Notes under the pieces: model-generated | What the model was told of the DNA's origin: nothing | What the model saw: the letters and a program-made list of their open reading frames with translations, nothing else | Database searches by the model: none | Source of the DNA: a virus | Strand: one strand, 5' to 3' | Virus record (IMG/VR): IMGVR_UViG_3300046323_000360 | Coordinates: 1 to 64,000 of that record | DNA: 64,000 nt | Made by a program: the position numbers and the translations under genes | Shown: piece by piece, positions 61,429 through 64,000 of the stretch | Numbering within the stretch: the first letter of the stretch is position 1 | Layout: every line of letters starts with the position of its first letter

Positions 61429-62012
61429 TATTTAGTGGCGCGGTTCTCTGGGTTGATAGGTGTGTAAACCTTCGAGGTTGCAGTTAGAGGTTGCTTGTAG
61501 CCGTAGCGTACAAGACGGAAGCGTAGTGCTCCGTGGGTAACGCCAAGGCGCTTTGCTAAACGGTAAAGCGTGACGCCTTCAACAACGTGAGCGTGATTTA
61601 GCAGTGCTGTATATTCTTCCGCCTCTTCGCGGTACTTGGCTCCGTTTGAACGCACCTGCTGAGCATAAGGCTGAAGTTCCAGTAGACGTGCAAGGGTTTC
61701 TGGAGTTGGCTCGATATAAGAAGGAGCAGCCTTTACTGGCTTTAGAGGTGGGCTTGGAAGTTCAACCTTGATTTCGATTGGAAACGGAGCTTCCTTAAGT
61801 GAAATTTGACGGACGCGCTCGCGGGTTAGATCTGTAGCCGAGGCAATGGACTCTAGCGTCCAGCCATTGGTACGGAGCTGACGAATGAGCTGGTCTCGAA
61901 TCTCTGAATCAACAATGTGATCGAACTCGTCTTTGATGTATTCGGGAAGCTGCTGGTTCTTTTTGATGTAATCGGTTGGCATTTCTGTTCTCCTGTTTTC
62001 TGTATGCGTCAC
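61428..62012 (-). CDS. Double HTH DNA-binding protein (sigma region-4-like HTH)
   Basis: WTLESIASATDLTRERVRQI and VTLYRLAKRLGVTHGAL. Confidence 0.75.
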   Translation of the reverse strand: MTHTENRRTEMPTDYIKKNQQLPEYIKDEFDHIVDSEIRDQLIRQLRTNGWTLESIASATDLTRERVRQISLKEAPFPIEIKVELPSPPLKPVKAAPSYIEPTPETLARLLELQPYAQQVRSNGAKYREEAEEYTALLNHAHVVEGVTLYRLAKRLGVTHGALRFRLVRYGYKQPLTATSKVYTPINPENRATK

Positions 62013-62045
62013 TTTGTTACGGTACTACGTTGTGTTGTAAGTTTA

Positions 62046-62309
62046 CTACTTTACTCGGCCTTCTGCAACCTGCAGAGGAACATCTTCAATCTTAACATGA
62101 AAGAAGGAGATGTCAATAATGAATGTAACCGTGATGTTGGTTACGTTAATAATCGAGTTGATCATCGTAATCATTTTTTCGATATCAGCTTCATCTGCAT
62201 CGCCTGGAGCATCAATCTGAACTTTACAATCTGTCATTTCAAAGACGCCTGATTGTGGAAGTGCATCTCGTAATTCGTCTGGACTACTTACCTGCAGTTT
62301 TACGCTCAT
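62046..62309 (-). CDS. Hypothetical protein
   Basis: 87 aa with a GAGGAG SD. Confidence 0.55.
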   Translation of the reverse strand: MSVKLQVSSPDELRDALPQSGVFEMTDCKVQIDAPGDADEADIEKMITMINSIINVTNITVTFIIDISFFHVKIEDVPLQVAEGRVK

Positions 62310-62466
62310 TTAGGTGGTTCTCCTCTTCTGGCTCGAAATAGTAATCGAGTCGGTCTGGTGCATTTAGCACAATAGTAATGAAAGTGTAAGCGATTAGCAA
62401 AAACGCCCCTATTGATAGCAACAGAAGAAACGCCGCTATGGCTAGAAAGATTACTAGAGGTGTCAT
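62284..62466 (-). CDS. Small membrane protein
   Basis: One long hydrophobic helix followed by an acidic tail. Confidence 0.55.
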   Translation of the reverse strand: MTPLVIFLAIAAFLLLLSIGAFLLIAYTFITIVLNAPDRLDYYFEPEEENHLNERKTAGK

Positions 62467-62715
62467 CTATCCGAGCTTTGAGTTGATGGAGAGGACTGCA
62501 AGGGTAATTGAGGCGGTAGAGAGGGAGAGAATGGTTGGGAGCCCTTCTAGACCCGTAAAGATAGAGAGAATGGTCGCTGCAAGGGCAGTAAGGACTGCAA
62601 ATACCGGCGTCCACGCAATTTGACTGAGAAACAGTAGGAAGTTGGTCATTATTGTGTCTTTCTGGGTGGGTGGTTGTACAACTCCGAGTAGGGGAGCTGG
62701 GGATTTCTTTGTCAT
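62467..62715 (-). CDS. Small two-TM membrane protein
   Basis: Two hydrophobic segments; TACTAT-N6-ATG upstream. Confidence 0.55.
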   Translation of the reverse strand: MTKKSPAPLLGVVQPPTQKDTIMTNFLLFLSQIAWTPVFAVLTALAATILSIFTGLEGLPTILSLSTASITLAVLSINSKLG

Positions 62716-62733
62716 GTTGCTATAGTAGCACAG

Positions 62734-62769
62734 AAAAAATTAAATGGAGCAGTTTTTAGTCATGCTCCA
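62734..62769 (-). terminator. Probable terminator after the NlpC/P60 gene
   Basis: TGGAGCA...TGCTCCA followed by TTTAATTTTTT. Confidence 0.5.
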
Positions 62770-62786
62770 GGACTTGTTTTTGTAAC

Positions 62787-63428
62787 TTATTGGGTAAGAA
62801 CCCGAGTGTATGTTACTTTACTGTATTTTCCGCCAAACTTACTGATGGAAACAATCGAGGTTTGGAATCCTCGTCGATTTCCAGCATGAATCATTTTGTC
62901 GGGGCCAAGGTAAATCCCAACATGATATGCCGAGTTAGTACCTTTGTAGGTAAAAGCAACAATGTCTCCTAGTTTTGGGTTCTTAACTAGAATTCCTGAA
63001 TGCTTTTGAATAGACGCCCTGTGCTCAAGGGTGACGCCCATTTGCTCGTAGGCCCAGCGAACTAGACCTGAGCAGTCCCAGCCTGAGGGGCTGGCACCAG
63101 AAAATACGTACCAAGTGTGGTTCACATATTTCTTGAGCGTGTGAACCGTGGTGTGGATTTTCTTTGTATTGCTTAATTTCAGTTTAACAAGGGCATCGTG
63201 CTTCGCAATAGTTGCCGGACTGGCAACTCCTGGACGCATTAGCTTACTTGTTACGTCTGTATGTGTCTCACTCTGGATAGTAAGGGCGTCTACTACTTTT
63301 AGTTGAGCCTTAGCTGGTCCAGCATATACAAACTGTGCAGATCCTGCTGCGTTAGCCTCAGAGGATGTGATGCATCCAGTGATTCCTAGCAACGTTACTG
63401 CAGTGACTATTCCAATTAGCCATTTCAT
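62787..63428 (-). CDS. NlpC/P60 cell-wall peptidase, secreted/lipoprotein
   Basis: Signal peptide with an ITGC lipobox-like site; catalytic DCSGLV, HVGIY and IHAG (Cys-His-His). Confidence 0.9.
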   Translation of the reverse strand: MKWLIGIVTAVTLLGITGCITSSEANAAGSAQFVYAGPAKAQLKVVDALTIQSETHTDVTSKLMRPGVASPATIAKHDALVKLKLSNTKKIHTTVHTLKKYVNHTWYVFSGASPSGWDCSGLVRWAYEQMGVTLEHRASIQKHSGILVKNPKLGDIVAFTYKGTNSAYHVGIYLGPDKMIHAGNRRGFQTSIVSISKFGGKYSKVTYTRVLTQ

Positions 63429-63432
63429 TTAG

Positions 63433-63573
63433 CGACCTACCTTTCTATGGGTTAGTTCAGTCGTTTATTGTCTTGGGGTTTTAGACATTATCCTTTTCAG
63501 TTGTATTGTTTCTTTGGTGCCGAGTGTACAAAAGAGCACTCCCTACTTTTATTGTAAGAAGCGCTCTCCGTAC
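63433..63573 (-). promoter_or_regulatory. Structured 5' leader of the NlpC/P60 gene (candidate cis-regulatory RNA)
   Basis: About 20-bp G-U-rich hairpin at 63573-63526, a small TGTCT/AGACA stem, and a CGAC...GTCG stem enclosing the GAAAGGTAGG SD. Promoter-like TTGACA...TGATAATAT just upstream. Confidence 0.5.
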
Positions 63574-64000
63574 ATCAATATTATCACTGCATGAAGCGGG
63601 GGATGTCAAATCGGGAAATAGGGGCGTCTATTTGAACGTATTTTTTGAAAATTTGTGGAGCGGGATTTTAAAAAGAGGGGGTCAAAAGGTACAGAAGTTT
63701 TTGACGAATTGGACGAATACCGTATACTAGACGATGAACTGCTTTTGGGATGCGAGAGGGCAGTTGTTGTTTTTCGGGCAATTCAAAATCGTTTCCGGGC
63801 GGGTCGGGATTGACCAGTAAAGCCCCCCTTTACAGGCATAGTGCCCTCATTATTTTTCTGATGAGTCAGGTGATAACACTTGTTCAAAAGTATTTTGAAA
63901 ATCTATAAGAAAATCTCTGAAGCCTATTTAATTGTGCCTAGAACCCGTCAAACCCCGCCTAGCGAGTTATTGCCTATAGAGCTATAGAAAGCGTCAAAAT

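Noticed and set aside
1-64000. Stop-codon reassignment suggested by TAG abundance
   Set aside because: Genes are full length in the standard code and several end in TAG; TAG trinucleotides lie out of frame or antisense (CTA codons).
1-64000. tRNA, rRNA, integrase or IS elements
   Set aside because: No cloverleaf/T-loop patterns in the short intergenic gaps, and no recombinase or transposase motifs seen by eye.

Overview
A 64-kb slice of a tailed dsDNA phage genome with siphovirus-type organisation, very probably infecting an actinobacterium. Host clues are WhiB, a DUF1360-like protein, a MSMEG_6728-like glycosylase, an actinophage-type capsid gene pair and many leaderless promoters. Layout: (i) 1-7936 (+), collagen-like, Gly-rich and beta-propeller fibre or decoration genes; (ii) 7939-11127 (-), a convergent glycan-modification cassette (FkbM methyltransferase, TPR protein, glycosidase-like propeller, glycosyltransferase); (iii) 11141-26346, replication, recombination and nucleotide genes (Prim-Pol/D5 helicase, metallophosphoesterase, WhiB, SSB, Sak4-like ATPase, Cas4-like nuclease, SNF2 helicase, RuvC-like, PolA, dCMP deaminase); (iv) 26399-61239 (-), tail and head morphogenesis from terminase to tail fibre; (v) 61249-63428, small genes and an NlpC/P60 lipoprotein. 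The most striking item lies in the head module. A 970-aa protein (55650-52738) ends on a C_CCA_AAA slippery heptamer followed 6 nt later by a strong hairpin. A -1 shift reads without a stop into the 929-aa ORF, giving a predicted ~1943-aa protein whose extension carries a zincin metallopeptidase, a HipA/PI3-4K-like kinase nested inside that peptidase, and an ADP-ribosyltransferase-like domain. A candidate immunity gene follows. This looks like a frameshift-dosed, virion-packaged polyvalent effector. Other highlights are a class-3-type intein starting with Arg in TerL, a 1724-aa repeat-built protease polyprotein with recurrent putative cleavage motifs, a Dps gene in the head operon, the canonical tail-chaperone -1 frameshift, and a structured leader on the NlpC/P60 gene. 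All family calls come from reading motifs by eye; no searches were run.
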